From the IMG/VR virus record IMGVR_UViG_3300037419_001463, positions 1-54,463 of that record: DNA of 54,463 nt; one strand, written 5' to 3'. The DNA is from a virus. The number at the start of each line of letters is the position of its first letter. Position 1 is the stretch's first letter. The position numbers and the translations under genes were made by a program. The notes below the pieces were generated by a model, which had not been told where the DNA came from, ran no database searches, and worked only from the letters and a program-made list of their open reading frames with translations. Of this stretch, positions 35,701 to 44,033 are shown in pieces.

Positions 35701-38700
35701 CACCACCCACCGCGGCACGGTGATCGGGTTCAAGCCGCGCGCCGGCTACGGCATGGCCGTCGAGCTCGACATCCCGCTGCCGGTCTTCGGCGACAAGATG
35801 GTGCTCGAGTGGAACGGCATGAAGTACCTGCTGACCCCGAAGCCGGACAGCGTGGTGCTCCCCGACCACGGGTTCTTCCCGCAGTGGGGGATCGACCTGA
35901 TCACCAGCGCCCACGACGTCGCCAGCAAGGAGGCGTTCGACGGCCTGGTCAACAACCACCGCAACGCCTTCGCCTACTTCGGTGTCGACTTCCTGCCCGA
36001 CGTGGCCAAGTTCTTCGGCGTCGACCTGCACGTGGCCCGGCAGATCCTGCGGGCGATCTCGACCAGCGGGCCGCGGATCTCGGTGCAGGCCGCCGACGAG
36101 CTGCTCAACTCCGCCCACCTCGGCCCCGGCTTCATGGACCAGCTGACCCAGGTCGCCACCCTGCTGCCGGACTCGGTCGCCAACAACTGGACCCGCCGGC
36201 TCGAGGACGCCGCCACGGTCGAGGGGCAGATCACCCGGGCGCTGATCATCTACCTGTCGGTCAACGGCACCCGGGTCGAGGACGTGCTGCAGTCCGGCGG
36301 GTTCAACGACGACACCGCTGCGCCCGAGGCTCAGTCGAGGCTGATGCCGCGCCTGTTCACCCAGGTCTTCGACAACGCCGCGATCGACTCGCCGCTGCGC
36401 CGGGAGATGAACCGCCGGTTCAACGCCCAGCTGCACAACCCCAACGGTGACGGCACCGGCTACAGCCTGAGCCAGACCTGGCAGTTCAGCGTCCGCAACG
36501 CCGACCGGTCCAAGAACCTGGTCGGGATGCTGCAGTTCTCCGAGGCCCACTCCTCGGGCGACAGCCCGCTGAAGAACGGCATGGCCTTCGACGAGCGGGA
36601 GCGGCAGGCGGTCAGCCAGCACTCGGCCGCCATCGCCTACCAGGCGATCGGCGCCCGCACCGCGATGGACCGCGACGTCGAGAAGGCCCGGGCCTTCGCC
36701 GAGGGCCGCGGCATCGACCGGGACCTGGTCGACGGCGGTGTCTGGCGGCTGCTGACCAACGTCCACAAGGACGACGTGGCCGCGGCCGCGAACTGGCGCA
36801 CGCCCACCCTGGCTGAGGCCGAGGCCCGGCGCCGGGCGCGCGAGCACCTGACCAAGTTCCGGCAGCCGGTGACGGCCGCCCGCGAGCCCAGCGACGAGGA
36901 CGAGACCGGCTGGAACGAGCAGCAGCGCAAGGAGGCCGCCAAGATCGGCCGGCAGATCCTGCAGAAGCTGAACCTGCACGACAACCAGATCGAGCTCGTC
37001 GACTTCTGGGTGCGGCAGATGAACGGCGCCGACGACCGGATCACCGGCAAGGCCTACCTCGAGGAGGCCGCGGCGATCCGGGACAACGTCACCAACGGCT
37101 TCCTGCCGGTGGCCGGCGCCGAGATCCCGCTGCTGCACGTGCACGACCTGCAGCTGATCCACCGGGTCAACAAGGGCAAGGCGGACGGCTGGGCGCCGTA
37201 CGAGACCCTGGACCGGGACCGGACCGCCGGCTCGTGGGACGAGTGGGTGCAGGTCGCGCTCGGCTCGATATTCCTGTCCGAGGACTCCTTCGACCCGATC
37301 TACCGGCCGGCGCTCGACGGGCTGCTGCACACCTACCAGAACGCCACCAAGGCGCTGCTCGACATGCCGGTCTCGGTGGACCGGATGGTGCAGGAGCGGC
37401 TGCTCGACCCGCAGTTCAACGCCCTGGTCGCGGTCTCCCTGGACGCCAACGAGAACCGGCGGGCGATCGAGCCGATGCTGCTCGGAGTCGCCAACACCAC
37501 CGTCGACGACCTGCTCGGCGGTGTCCGGATCTCCGGCAAGTCCAAGTCCGCCCCGGCCAGCGAGCGCGCGAAGAAGCGGGCCCGGCTGCACAAGTGGCGC
37601 AAGGAGACCGGCACCCCGCTGCCTGTCGAGGCGCCGCTGAAGGACATGGCGGCCAACGGCTCGAGGTTCATCGAGAAGTCGACGGCGAGCTCGTCGCTGG
37701 CCCGCATGCTGATCAACGCCCGCGTCGGCACCGCGCTGATCAACCCGGCGCTGTACGTCTCGATGGGCCCGGAGCAGTGGATGCGCGGAGCCCTGGACCA
37801 GGGCGCCAACCTGATCACCGGCCAGGCGACCGACGGCGTGCTGGCCACCGCGGCCGCCAAGCTGCACCTCTCGCAGTACAGCACCGACCAGCTCGCCAAG
37901 CTGTCCCGGCTCTACCAGACCCTCGGTGACAACGCCGACTTCAAGACGATGATCAACCGGGAGCTCTGGTACCTGCGGCCGCACGAGCCGGGTATGAGCC
38001 GGCCCGAGCGGTGGCTGGAGAACTACGCCAAGATCGGCTCCCGGATGCAGGACCCGACCCGGGGGATGAGGGCCAAGACCCTGGCCCGCCGCTACGTCGA
38101 CGCCGCCTGGCAGCACATCCAGGCGACGCCGGCGATGAACGTGATCAGCCTGGACCGGCTGATCGCCGAGCTCTCGGTGAACCCGAAGTTCCTCGAGGAC
38201 TACTTCCCCGAGGCGCACCAGGCCGCCACCAACGCCATCGCCCAGCTGCGGTCGCTGAAGAACACCGTGCTGTCCCAGACGCTGCGCGGGATCTACGAGC
38301 CGCTTTCAGAGTCCACCCACAGCGGCCGGGCCTTCTTCGGCACCGTGCTGCTGCGGATGCCGCTGCTGTTCAGCGGCTACGCGATGAACGTGCTGACCAC
38401 GATCACCGGCATGCAGGGGCTCAACGACGCCACCGCGATGTGGCTGCACGGCCGCAACAAGGGCCCGAACTCCCTGTTCGGCCGGATCCAGGCCAAGCTC
38501 CGCGGCGAGCAGTTCGACCCGCAGCGCGACGCCGAGTTCGACATGAGCACCGTCATGGAGGGCATCGACCTCACCCGGTCCTTCATCCGAGGCGGGCTGA
38601 CCCACTCCGCGCTGTTCATGTTCGGCATGATGGCCAGCGGGCTGGGCCTGTCCGGTGAGGACGACGAGACCAAGAAGCGCCGTCGGCTGGCGCAGCTGCA

Positions 38701-40546
38701 GGGCGCCGGCTTCGTCTACGACCCGCGCCGGATCGAGAATGACTTCCGCAACGCCGACGCGCTGTTCGTCGACTGGCTGCCGTTCAACCTGGACTCCTAC
38801 TTCCGGGTGACCGGTGACGACGCGCCCGGCGGCGCCCGGTCGATGGCACAGGCGCACTGGATGCTCAAGCAGTTCATTAGCCCGATCATCGGCATGGAAC
38901 GGTTCTACGAGACCGGCGACTTCCACCAGGTGACCTGGGGCTTCCAGGACGCGCTCGGCTCCTTCCCGCTGATCAACACCCTGATGTGGGACGACGCGGT
39001 CTCCACCGCCAGCGAGATGGCCAAGATGGCTGACGACGAGCAGAAGCTCGGCGGCCCCTCGAACATGGTGGCCAGCGCCGGGTTCCTCACCAACGCCGTC
39101 GGGGTCTACGAGCGGATGCTGTTCGAGAACAGCTTCGTGAACATGATCTACACCGGCCACGACCGGTACGACCGTGACCCGTACGCGCTGCCGCTGCGGG
39201 ACAGCGACGGCACCATCCAGCGCGACATCGAGGGCCAGGCCCGCAAGCAGAACATCTCGCTGGAGAAGTTCGTCGACCCGGAGACCGGCCAGGTCCGCGA
39301 GGGCTACATGGGCCGCGACTACCAGTCGGGGATGTTGCACGCGCTGACCGAGAACCGGGCCACCCTGGCCGCGTTCATGTGGGCGCTGCCGGGCTACGGC
39401 GACGAGGACTACTGGCGCTACAACATGCCGATCAAGACCCGGGAGATCGAGAAGGACCCGGTCTCCAAGGACGAGGCCGAGGCCTTCGTCCGGGCCGCGG
39501 TCCAGGGCGCCGGCGGGCTGCAGAACCTGACCGCCGACGAGCTCTCCCAGATCTGGAAGAACCAGGCCAAGGCGGCCGGCGTGTACGTCGACTGGTCCAT
39601 GCTCGACGACCAGGCGGCCGCGGCCGAGCAGTTGGGCGCAGCAGGCACCGGTCAGCCGGCCGCGCTCTCGATGCTCGACAAGGACGGGCGCGAGGTGCTC
39701 ACCAAGGCCGGCGCCTGGGGCGTGGTCCGCGGCCTGGCCAAGGGCAGCGTGCAGCTCGGCGACGCCAGCCTGGCCGGCATCTACATCACCCCCGAGGTCC
39801 GCGAGGAGATCCAGAAGGAGTGGATGGCCGAGCTGATCCAGGAGGGCGTCAACATGGGCCTGGACCAGACCAAGGCCACCAGCCGGATGAAGCGGCTCTG
39901 GTTCGGTCCGCTCGACGACCCGAGCATCCAGGGGCTGGGCGACATCCTGTGGAGCAAGGACATCTCCTACTCCGACACCGCCACCTACAACCAGCTGAAC
40001 ACCACCTACGTGATGGGCCCCGACGGCCGCCCGTGGGCCACCGGCTGGACCCGTGACGGGATCGCCGGTGCGCTGGGCCTGAAGCCGCTGAAGCGGGCCT
40101 ACGTCTCCGAGCAGGGCGCCACCGGCACCGACAACCGGCTCAACACCACCGACCTGGTCAACGGGCTCAACACCGGCCTGCGCGCCCTCGAGCTGGTCGA
40201 CGAGACCCGCAACATCCCGACCGACGTCGAGATCGGCAAGAAGATCGAGGACGCGATCAAGGAGGCCTCGGCCCAGACCTACACGCCGTACGACACCAGC
40301 AAGACCGGTGGCGGTGGCTACGGCGGGTACGGCGGCTACGGCTACCGCAGCTACGGCGGCGGCTACGGCGGCGGCGGAAGCGGCTACTTCCCCGACTTCA
40401 CCCGGATGTACGCGCTGCCGAACAACATCTCGCCCTACGGCAACAACATCCCGTTCATCAACACGAGCAACCCGATCATCCGTCGCGCCGACGTCCGGCG
40501 GGAGCGGGTCTGGTCAGAGCGAGGAAGGCTGAAGCAGTGGCAGTAG
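26753..40546 (+). CDS. giant virion-module polyprotein (4,597 aa) with a beta-prime-like DPBB catalytic motif; candidate packaged RNA polymerase / ejection protein
   Basis: Uninterrupted 13,794-nt ORF. GTG start 7 nt after AGGAGG. GC3-rich throughout. The end overlaps the portal start by 10 nt. Motifs are detailed in the findings. Confidence 0.9.
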   Translation: MPEKDQLGQSNLGQLAQQQNQPAAPEGLHQAAGAAEGVVRGNPALAQSRLGQLAADEGYLPVAQSWYTGANQEGIRNGWDTDFWNRAMEQNTRLGEEGLLHYQFEQPDATGVVTWDHDSADGRHTYHFGDVYDNGVKQGNVFDQFDEDTANLMMADILFPKEDKARLFEQVEVDPQTGKITDTSALAAAVQAKRQQNNTDIPKAAEAADFNADVAARAEDFREGHVDEAITAGGAAGGAALGAGIGTFVAPGIGTAIGAGVGAAIGGLGAHLNEDALVEQAARAYEITAMSDRENGTGAAIATGLQQWAGFGGKLISPLSNTVQGIDDAAQGKIGDGVSEFYRLDEQGHSVVPKWVKVADVGASIGDAALQFATPIGRGLYTAQMSGVITGEVGELALTGGKSFDYTRGGFDSIFTDDEGNFSPTQALAGIGKVTIDAVQLGMARGLMSKGQYALAAVGEKQVGGAGTGLLSRFTRRISGGTAKENTAELAGFRFTLNEAGEATGRRATLSLLAPSESLQALSARVLAMRTSAKKAGALSADDFYKAAKQLSAGEKRWTTALVTGMGEGYEEAVQAVLDPYSHDAAISMGDIGNSALYGFAGGVGMGAGVGIRMPSSADKLYAMAATGHRLLTGGEELTRSEFDRLPEVEQRARASLSGMAKATADAAYTKFVEDQSATRTKSVAAIHKLADAIQTQLTSSLATANPRLNGAFVISQLEDAGRVDADGNLLPGYIPADGVGASAFQTVANMVNHMRGVSVQLEQLRRDLELATEAAAADPNNVELTNEAVRLQGQVAFTESVLELGRKLNEDLEARIHRMYFDPVTGVQPSPADIEAEAESINAVLRDLFHQRLDLAPDGQPLTDQEKLALAHAVGMVFTRDPQDQAGSYQLLVPQISAKLTAANSNDFLQISASIRPALTADHDGDKIRPLNELILDDQAYTAARSGAFFLGAGTSVNVGTPKYEKWILEYLGQAAGGANQALANFAEGTILSISDAIRRRYDGVIDTAVLDKVLDPFVDAAKAGSDNAREILLDGLAREAGGQITEFSRGHLSNEWLWLDQLIRASLDAFQEGFAAHSPDIGPVPNTDVVLPNKQSVDVQDRKADRAAVTGATVGLLLTGDAPFRQSQKLHYSALVAAVVSAEEAGSREQLFALAQLYEALGQGLATTELDAVRAKDDITARVYARLDRIARDAVELDPGLNRHEALAVVANLRVADIDVATDGTITPNGREISLAQLLLRQSLAQWRREVDEVFDASPEMQSKYHRIKSMTNADGQGRKGSRVNASRAFIEVIGAQQLFTLLGDDALVFGPHLTVEQFLRSYVAMDEHGRRATDRKLKGEAAYLEGDRTQHHNPPYDLDEVTNGEISGFRAVVDAILAVGHNRITIDESATSDKDVSKPHLHGELAERSYTTGDQLRDAVARIQQAMREFTGLTGRKDGELTTEMVERLFKDNPDFERLALNLIPTASANAVIFRREDGTVDLANWFYKTFTLDPAEAEVHVWRNVLFAQLRAAGVNFNEEEVNEGDAGRKMAKLDRRTHRLIQRLALTPDGGLLLRQLFDQIESAKSMEGLMRWINTTPGIRGEQAPLTAWVDDVADFDADKAEGGWTKKLSGSELREAISALQRGAQNLVDDLVEERAAFKRDTRVINAIEKDLKNGGGKTLSLLETAIDEAAERVVGLGPSAMIYQTVAAARGFYPQAHTKGKNPDYLDPAAALEAHRDAFGYVTNFERVMAALTSVNLDAVSGNMSELAKDNLRTMDDFGRPVEWQKPTAEQWLELFKNPDTRPMARAILFPQAMERDFDGQTRPKLLVGKDLKALLEGTSHKDLFPKHGRLDRDPALKYVAALEAEARKHGGHFSVQRLANDIVIARTSAADHVLSTAELEKMTVEAYRQIAELFQATASIAAAAHTPGTDPLAEMRTKVRQAQRTAAVARRVGMAGTAADAELGKQTFEILVRDREAELEAERRLLLDASAAADDPVEAARLAQAAEDALADLDRFKTRLELLLDEDMTGRVVAMFSLPADQAAAAPVKDALVDYVLTHLSIMERSSSSMLLLDKVTRQLQDSGRAGQLDLSAGEWDQLSRVVIADYISALTATTAAGVSVAPFPDADHTEDQRYYDTTFSYLVDPFFDENHPLMKAAKHLHGLAGRLGMPPADETDVTRLLDRGILGEYNLGQWTAEIPRLSVEANQRLDSSAAEVAIAMNGNAPKTQAVVSAATRRTFKVPGPELLSAARLNWDQLNRTAFDEVELTMPGGATALRPLAQLNNRFARSVVLNYVDGAGQAQQVDLLAGAPNLGRVWPGDEVPANTGYQLIHLDRVRQAVEDFTRNLQVDPHGPGVSVAIEFFHPDSQPAEPEWMNNLFFEGTSFRLDADHHESLNATLWFAFSSISQTGQRNALDASKLGMPAMKVVPTPTAADLATIESTWPVDFSAMLRAKTQVMLTSDLGFGKLEEEPGSEFYNAVYKNLKLRHFVRTADALLTAEQVIAMQARGETLPEEASLWVPSDDVLRSMLGEQGTQGVARLFDDQLEVDLAKVPTYRGVTETMRQRFAEGMTGQKAELASTSVAHRARQQLLEIRPYLDDAARHAYDAKMRFFADERRDAYAERAAWSGRTGQGGFDPKANLGRALQRADGMLRAENIAFDWSEAGITFIGPRVSADSDLGRMLLQELNAALQNDGYRTGWIYREGSEANEPQGILSEVSLSGQKRALRVAPGDLVVVELDSFGGDDVLARKRLDYLVDHGATVVLGEDEGGNNLRVEMANYLESRAYERYAGSGFVYRPVETNTRYQNQRARVSTLLETRGVSSRSHVAALLLPDQAIEENAAWVNGDNPRLGGIATTLNLVPTDFLAGFNVPVEGFANRSQIEDVRQQLRSLDNPEGRDLLRKLAGESGIELDQALTRMFDRFDSTDGAVLPAAGQEFGTGDLIPLVDSFGRILLYRHGYKAPTREQLERQFEQSEGKNVAVFSAEPQPAATTHRGTVIGFKPRAGYGMAVELDIPLPVFGDKMVLEWNGMKYLLTPKPDSVVLPDHGFFPQWGIDLITSAHDVASKEAFDGLVNNHRNAFAYFGVDFLPDVAKFFGVDLHVARQILRAISTSGPRISVQAADELLNSAHLGPGFMDQLTQVATLLPDSVANNWTRRLEDAATVEGQITRALIIYLSVNGTRVEDVLQSGGFNDDTAAPEAQSRLMPRLFTQVFDNAAIDSPLRREMNRRFNAQLHNPNGDGTGYSLSQTWQFSVRNADRSKNLVGMLQFSEAHSSGDSPLKNGMAFDERERQAVSQHSAAIAYQAIGARTAMDRDVEKARAFAEGRGIDRDLVDGGVWRLLTNVHKDDVAAAANWRTPTLAEAEARRRAREHLTKFRQPVTAAREPSDEDETGWNEQQRKEAAKIGRQILQKLNLHDNQIELVDFWVRQMNGADDRITGKAYLEEAAAIRDNVTNGFLPVAGAEIPLLHVHDLQLIHRVNKGKADGWAPYETLDRDRTAGSWDEWVQVALGSIFLSEDSFDPIYRPALDGLLHTYQNATKALLDMPVSVDRMVQERLLDPQFNALVAVSLDANENRRAIEPMLLGVANTTVDDLLGGVRISGKSKSAPASERAKKRARLHKWRKETGTPLPVEAPLKDMAANGSRFIEKSTASSSLARMLINARVGTALINPALYVSMGPEQWMRGALDQGANLITGQATDGVLATAAAKLHLSQYSTDQLAKLSRLYQTLGDNADFKTMINRELWYLRPHEPGMSRPERWLENYAKIGSRMQDPTRGMRAKTLARRYVDAAWQHIQATPAMNVISLDRLIAELSVNPKFLEDYFPEAHQAATNAIAQLRSLKNTVLSQTLRGIYEPLSESTHSGRAFFGTVLLRMPLLFSGYAMNVLTTITGMQGLNDATAMWLHGRNKGPNSLFGRIQAKLRGEQFDPQRDAEFDMSTVMEGIDLTRSFIRGGLTHSALFMFGMMASGLGLSGEDDETKKRRRLAQLQGAGFVYDPRRIENDFRNADALFVDWLPFNLDSYFRVTGDDAPGGARSMAQAHWMLKQFISPIIGMERFYETGDFHQVTWGFQDALGSFPLINTLMWDDAVSTASEMAKMADDEQKLGGPSNMVASAGFLTNAVGVYERMLFENSFVNMIYTGHDRYDRDPYALPLRDSDGTIQRDIEGQARKQNISLEKFVDPETGQVREGYMGRDYQSGMLHALTENRATLAAFMWALPGYGDEDYWRYNMPIKTREIEKDPVSKDEAEAFVRAAVQGAGGLQNLTADELSQIWKNQAKAAGVYVDWSMLDDQAAAAEQLGAAGTGQPAALSMLDKDGREVLTKAGAWGVVRGLAKGSVQLGDASLAGIYITPEVREEIQKEWMAELIQEGVNMGLDQTKATSRMKRLWFGPLDDPSIQGLGDILWSKDISYSDTATYNQLNTTYVMGPDGRPWATGWTRDGIAGALGLKPLKRAYVSEQGATGTDNRLNTTDLVNGLNTGLRALELVDETRNIPTDVEIGKKIEDAIKEASAQTYTPYDTSKTGGGGYGGYGGYGYRSYGGGYGGGGSGYFPDFTRMYALPNNISPYGNNIPFINTSNPIIRRADVRRERVWSERGRLKQWQ

Positions 40547-42501
40547 ACGGGGGCCACGAGCCCATCACCAGCTTCGAGCAGTGGTACGTCGGCTATGACG
40601 CCACGGGCTCACGCGAGCGTTGCCTGGACTGGCGCGGCATGGCGCCGTGCGCCCAGGAGATCCAGCGCGAGTGGACCTTCTTCAAGCGCGAGATGGACGC
40701 CCGGGTGGCCGGCTACGACGTGCTCGAGAAGATCGCCGACGGCGAGGTCATCAGCCCCAAGCCCGACCTGCCGAACATCTCCTCGGGCGAGACCTCGGGC
40801 CTGGTCATGCGCATGGCGCGCAACCTGGTGCAGAACACCCCGAACGTCGAGGTGATCAGCTGCTACGACGACGACGGGGTGAAGGGGATCTTCTCCCGGC
40901 ACATCCTGACCCAGAAGATCATCGGGTCGGACCTGTACTCCAACGACATGCAGCAGAACCTGTTCGCCTCGGTGAAGACCAGCTTCACGCTCGGCTTCGC
41001 GTGCGCGATCCCGGTGCTGCTGCGCGACGCGGCCAACGGCTGGTACATGAAGTACGACAGCATCCACTACCGCGACGTGTTCCCCGAGCCGGGCGCCAAG
41101 GACGTGCGCGACGCCACCATCGTCTACGTCCGTCGCTACCTGACCCCGGGGGAGGTGCGCGGTCTGATCCGCACCAACGCCCCGGGCTGGGACGTCAACG
41201 CGCTGAAGCGGATGCTGCTGACCCGGCCGCCGGCGCGTGAGCAGCAGTCGGCCGCGCACCAGGACAAGAAGCACCGGCAGGTGCCGGACGGCTACGAGGT
41301 CATCACCCGCTACACCAACGACGGCGACAACTTCCTGACCTTCGCTGGCGGCGGCGCGAACCACATGATGCTGCTGCGGATCGAGAAGAACAAGCACCCG
41401 CTCAAGCAGCACCCGGTGCACTTCCTGGTCCTGGAGAAGGACGACCAGCAGCCGCTGGGCAAGTCCCAGGTCGAGCGCCTGGTCGGCCGCCAGGACTTCC
41501 AGGACCTGATGCTCAACGGCGCGATGAAGCTGTGGTACCGCAACATCAACCCGTCGATCATCGGCTTCGGCACCAACGCCGTGCCCAACCTGAGCCCGGG
41601 GAAGTACACCCAGATCAGCAACCCGAACGCCAAGGTCGAGGCGTTCGAGGTGAACACCCAGACGCTGATGCAGTATCCCCAGATCAGCCGGGACAACCTG
41701 GGCGCGATGGTCAACATCGTCGGCGCCCCGGACCAGCAGATGCAGCAGGCGGCCGGCGGCGGGATGTCCGCCACGCCGCAGGGTGTCGACGCTCAGGCCG
41801 CCGTGGTCGACGTGACCACGAACAACTTCCAGAAGGCGATCGAGTCGTTCTTCAGCCACTACTGCTCGTACGCGCTGACGATCTACTTCCAGGAGCTGCG
41901 GTCGGTCAAGAGCGTGAAGCTGACCGCCGACGCGCGGATCAAGCTGGTCGAGGCCGGGCTGCCCACCGAGCTGATCAACGACGACGAGACCCTCGACGTC
42001 GACTTCGAGGAGATGGCCAAGGAGTACTGGGTGCGCTGCGTGCCCGGCTCGCTGACCGAGCTCGAGGACGAGAAGCAGCTGCGGCTGCTCAACCAGATGT
42101 TCGTCCCGCTCTCCCAGGCGATGCCGGCGCTGGCCGCGGCCCAGGACCCGCAGATGCTCGGCTACGCCGCCAAGGCCATGCAGTACATCATCGGCAAGCA
42201 GATCGAGCTGTCCGGCGCCAGCAGCGCCGACAGCATCAGGCGGATCTGGAAGACCGGTGACGTCGAGGAGGTCAACGAGCGCGACCAGCGCATCGCCGAG
42301 CTCGAGCAGCGACTCGACGGATTCGGCGCCGACCGCGAGCTCGAGGCCGCCGCGCAGACCACGCTGCTGCAGCAGCTGCAGGAGCAGGTGTCCCTGCTCA
42401 CCCAGAACAACCAGGTATTGCTCGAAAAGCTAGGTGTGATGAACGGGCCATCCGAGGGTAGTTCGCCTACTCCTGACGAATCTGTTCCTTCGGGCGTGTA
42501 A
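40537..42501 (+). CDS. portal protein (by position and size)
   Basis: 654 aa. GTG 8 nt after GAGGAAGG. Immediately upstream of the capsid gene. C-terminal coiled coil and acidic tail. Confidence 0.55.
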   Translation: MAVDGGHEPITSFEQWYVGYDATGSRERCLDWRGMAPCAQEIQREWTFFKREMDARVAGYDVLEKIADGEVISPKPDLPNISSGETSGLVMRMARNLVQNTPNVEVISCYDDDGVKGIFSRHILTQKIIGSDLYSNDMQQNLFASVKTSFTLGFACAIPVLLRDAANGWYMKYDSIHYRDVFPEPGAKDVRDATIVYVRRYLTPGEVRGLIRTNAPGWDVNALKRMLLTRPPAREQQSAAHQDKKHRQVPDGYEVITRYTNDGDNFLTFAGGGANHMMLLRIEKNKHPLKQHPVHFLVLEKDDQQPLGKSQVERLVGRQDFQDLMLNGAMKLWYRNINPSIIGFGTNAVPNLSPGKYTQISNPNAKVEAFEVNTQTLMQYPQISRDNLGAMVNIVGAPDQQMQQAAGGGMSATPQGVDAQAAVVDVTTNNFQKAIESFFSHYCSYALTIYFQELRSVKSVKLTADARIKLVEAGLPTELINDDETLDVDFEEMAKEYWVRCVPGSLTELEDEKQLRLLNQMFVPLSQAMPALAAAQDPQMLGYAAKAMQYIIGKQIELSGASSADSIRRIWKTGDVEEVNERDQRIAELEQRLDGFGADRELEAAAQTTLLQQLQEQVSLLTQNNQVLLEKLGVMNGPSEGSSPTPDESVPSGV

Positions 42502-42587
42502 TCCGCCCCTGCCGCCCATAACTTCATAGCAGATCTGCCGCTCATTCCTGTCCGGGTTTTAGGCCCACAACAGACGAGGAGAGCGAC

Positions 42588-43955
42588 ATGGTCGCCCCGG
42601 TTCAGAAGGACAGCCTGACCGACTACCAGGTCGCTCTGGCCACGTACCTTCGCATCACCTCTCCGGTCGCCGGCATGTTCACCGGCTCGGAGATCAAGCC
42701 CAACCCGAACGCCCGCAGCATCCGCGTGCCCGACATCCGGGTCGACGACTACATCGTGGACGCCGACATCAGCCGGATCGGCGCGGACCACTACTCGGGC
42801 TCGGAGTTCACCGGCGAGTGGAAGAACGGCGTGCCGCCGATCGAGTGGCGCACCTACTCCATGAGCCGTCACCGCTCCTTCGGCTTCACCGTCTTCGACG
42901 AGCAGCTCCGCTACTCGCCGATCAAGAACATCGTCCAGGAGTACACGGGTCGCAAGATGCAGACCACGGTGCTCCGTGACCACGACAAGTACTGCCTCCT
43001 GGCGGCCGTGTCGGGTCACATGACCGGCAAGCTCGTGCCCCGCACCGCCGCGGACACCGTGCCCCCGGTCACCACGGACGCCGCGAAGATCGCCTGCACG
43101 GGCAACGCCGCCGACTACAAGTGGGTGGCCGAGCCGGGCGAGGACTACGACAACCAGATCCAGCCGTCGTTCGCCACGATCACCGGTGTCTACCTCGACG
43201 ACGCCGACCCGCTGGCCACGCTCGACGCGCTGACGCTGCTGTTCAGCGACAACTGGTTCGACAGCAACTTCGGCAACAACGAGCGGTTCCTGCTCATCAC
43301 CTCGGCCCTCGAGCTGGTCTTCATCAACCAGCTCATCGACGCGGGTGCTGGCACGGAGTCGGCGTTCAAGCTGCTCAAGGACGGCGACATCTCCGGTGCG
43401 AACGCGGCCGGCTATCTCGGCACCCTCAAGGGTTCGTGGAAGCTCGTCAAGATCCACCCGGAGTTCCTGCCCAAGGTCTACACCGACGCGAACCTGGTCG
43501 TCGACCCGGTCGCCACGTCGGCCACCGCGGGTCGGACGCTGCGCCAGGTCGTGGCCCTGGCCGTGTACAAGAACGCGGTCCAGACCTACGAGCACTTCTC
43601 CGAGAGGCGGCAGCAGGATGGCGGCACCCGGTTCAAGGGCACGGAGTACGTGCAGGACTTCTCCTACGACTGCTGGGTCATCGACCAGCTGTCCGAGGGT
43701 GTCGTGCCGATCTTCCTGCCGGCCGTCGTGAGCAACCTGCAGGTCGTCTCCGACAGCTTCACCAACGTCGCGGCGATGGTGGCGGCTGCTCGGGCGCAGC
43801 AGGGCGTCTCGCCGGAGACCTACCCGCTCTCCGGTGCGACCACGCTCAAGTCCACTCCCGAGTGGTTCACGAGCCCGTACAACGCGACGGCCAACCTGGA
43901 CGCCGGCCTGGCTGTCCAGGAGACCGGAGACGTCGCCCACTACGAGGGCGTCTGA
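42588..43955 (+). CDS. major capsid protein (by position and size)
   Basis: 455 aa. ATG after GAGGAGAG. Followed by a strong hairpin, as is common after capsid genes. No motif check was possible. Confidence 0.55.
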   Translation: MVAPVQKDSLTDYQVALATYLRITSPVAGMFTGSEIKPNPNARSIRVPDIRVDDYIVDADISRIGADHYSGSEFTGEWKNGVPPIEWRTYSMSRHRSFGFTVFDEQLRYSPIKNIVQEYTGRKMQTTVLRDHDKYCLLAAVSGHMTGKLVPRTAADTVPPVTTDAAKIACTGNAADYKWVAEPGEDYDNQIQPSFATITGVYLDDADPLATLDALTLLFSDNWFDSNFGNNERFLLITSALELVFINQLIDAGAGTESAFKLLKDGDISGANAAGYLGTLKGSWKLVKIHPEFLPKVYTDANLVVDPVATSATAGRTLRQVVALAVYKNAVQTYEHFSERRQQDGGTRFKGTEYVQDFSYDCWVIDQLSEGVVPIFLPAVVSNLQVVSDSFTNVAAMVAAARAQQGVSPETYPLSGATTLKSTPEWFTSPYNATANLDAGLAVQETGDVAHYEGV

Positions 43956-43959
43956 GACA

Positions 43960-43998
43960 CCCGGGCAGCGGCCTACTCCTCCGGGGCCGCTGCCCGGG
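43960..43998 (+). terminator. 14-bp-stem hairpin directly after the capsid gene (terminator/attenuator candidate, no clear U-tract)
   Basis: Arm CCCGGGCAGCGGCC (43960..43973) pairs with GGCCGCTGCCCGGG (43985..43998). Confidence 0.45.
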
Positions 43999-44033
43999 TC
44001 TCCACCCTCTGACGACAGGAAGCGAGACCACCG

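Noticed and set aside
37520-37543. A Walker-A-like GVRISGKS in the giant ORF.
   Set aside because: It is followed by KSAPASERAKKRAR, a basic linker, with no hydrophobic strand context and no Walker B nearby. It does not look like a P-loop.
26738-38218. Very long minus-strand ORFs opposite the giant gene (26738..30151, 30218..32335, 32381..34225, 34271..38218) and many plus-strand off-frame ORFs.
   Set aside because: They are shadow ORFs of a GC-rich coding region. They are Arg/Gly/Pro/Val-dominated with no SD or start context, and all lie within a single sense ORF that has normal composition and GC-rich third positions.
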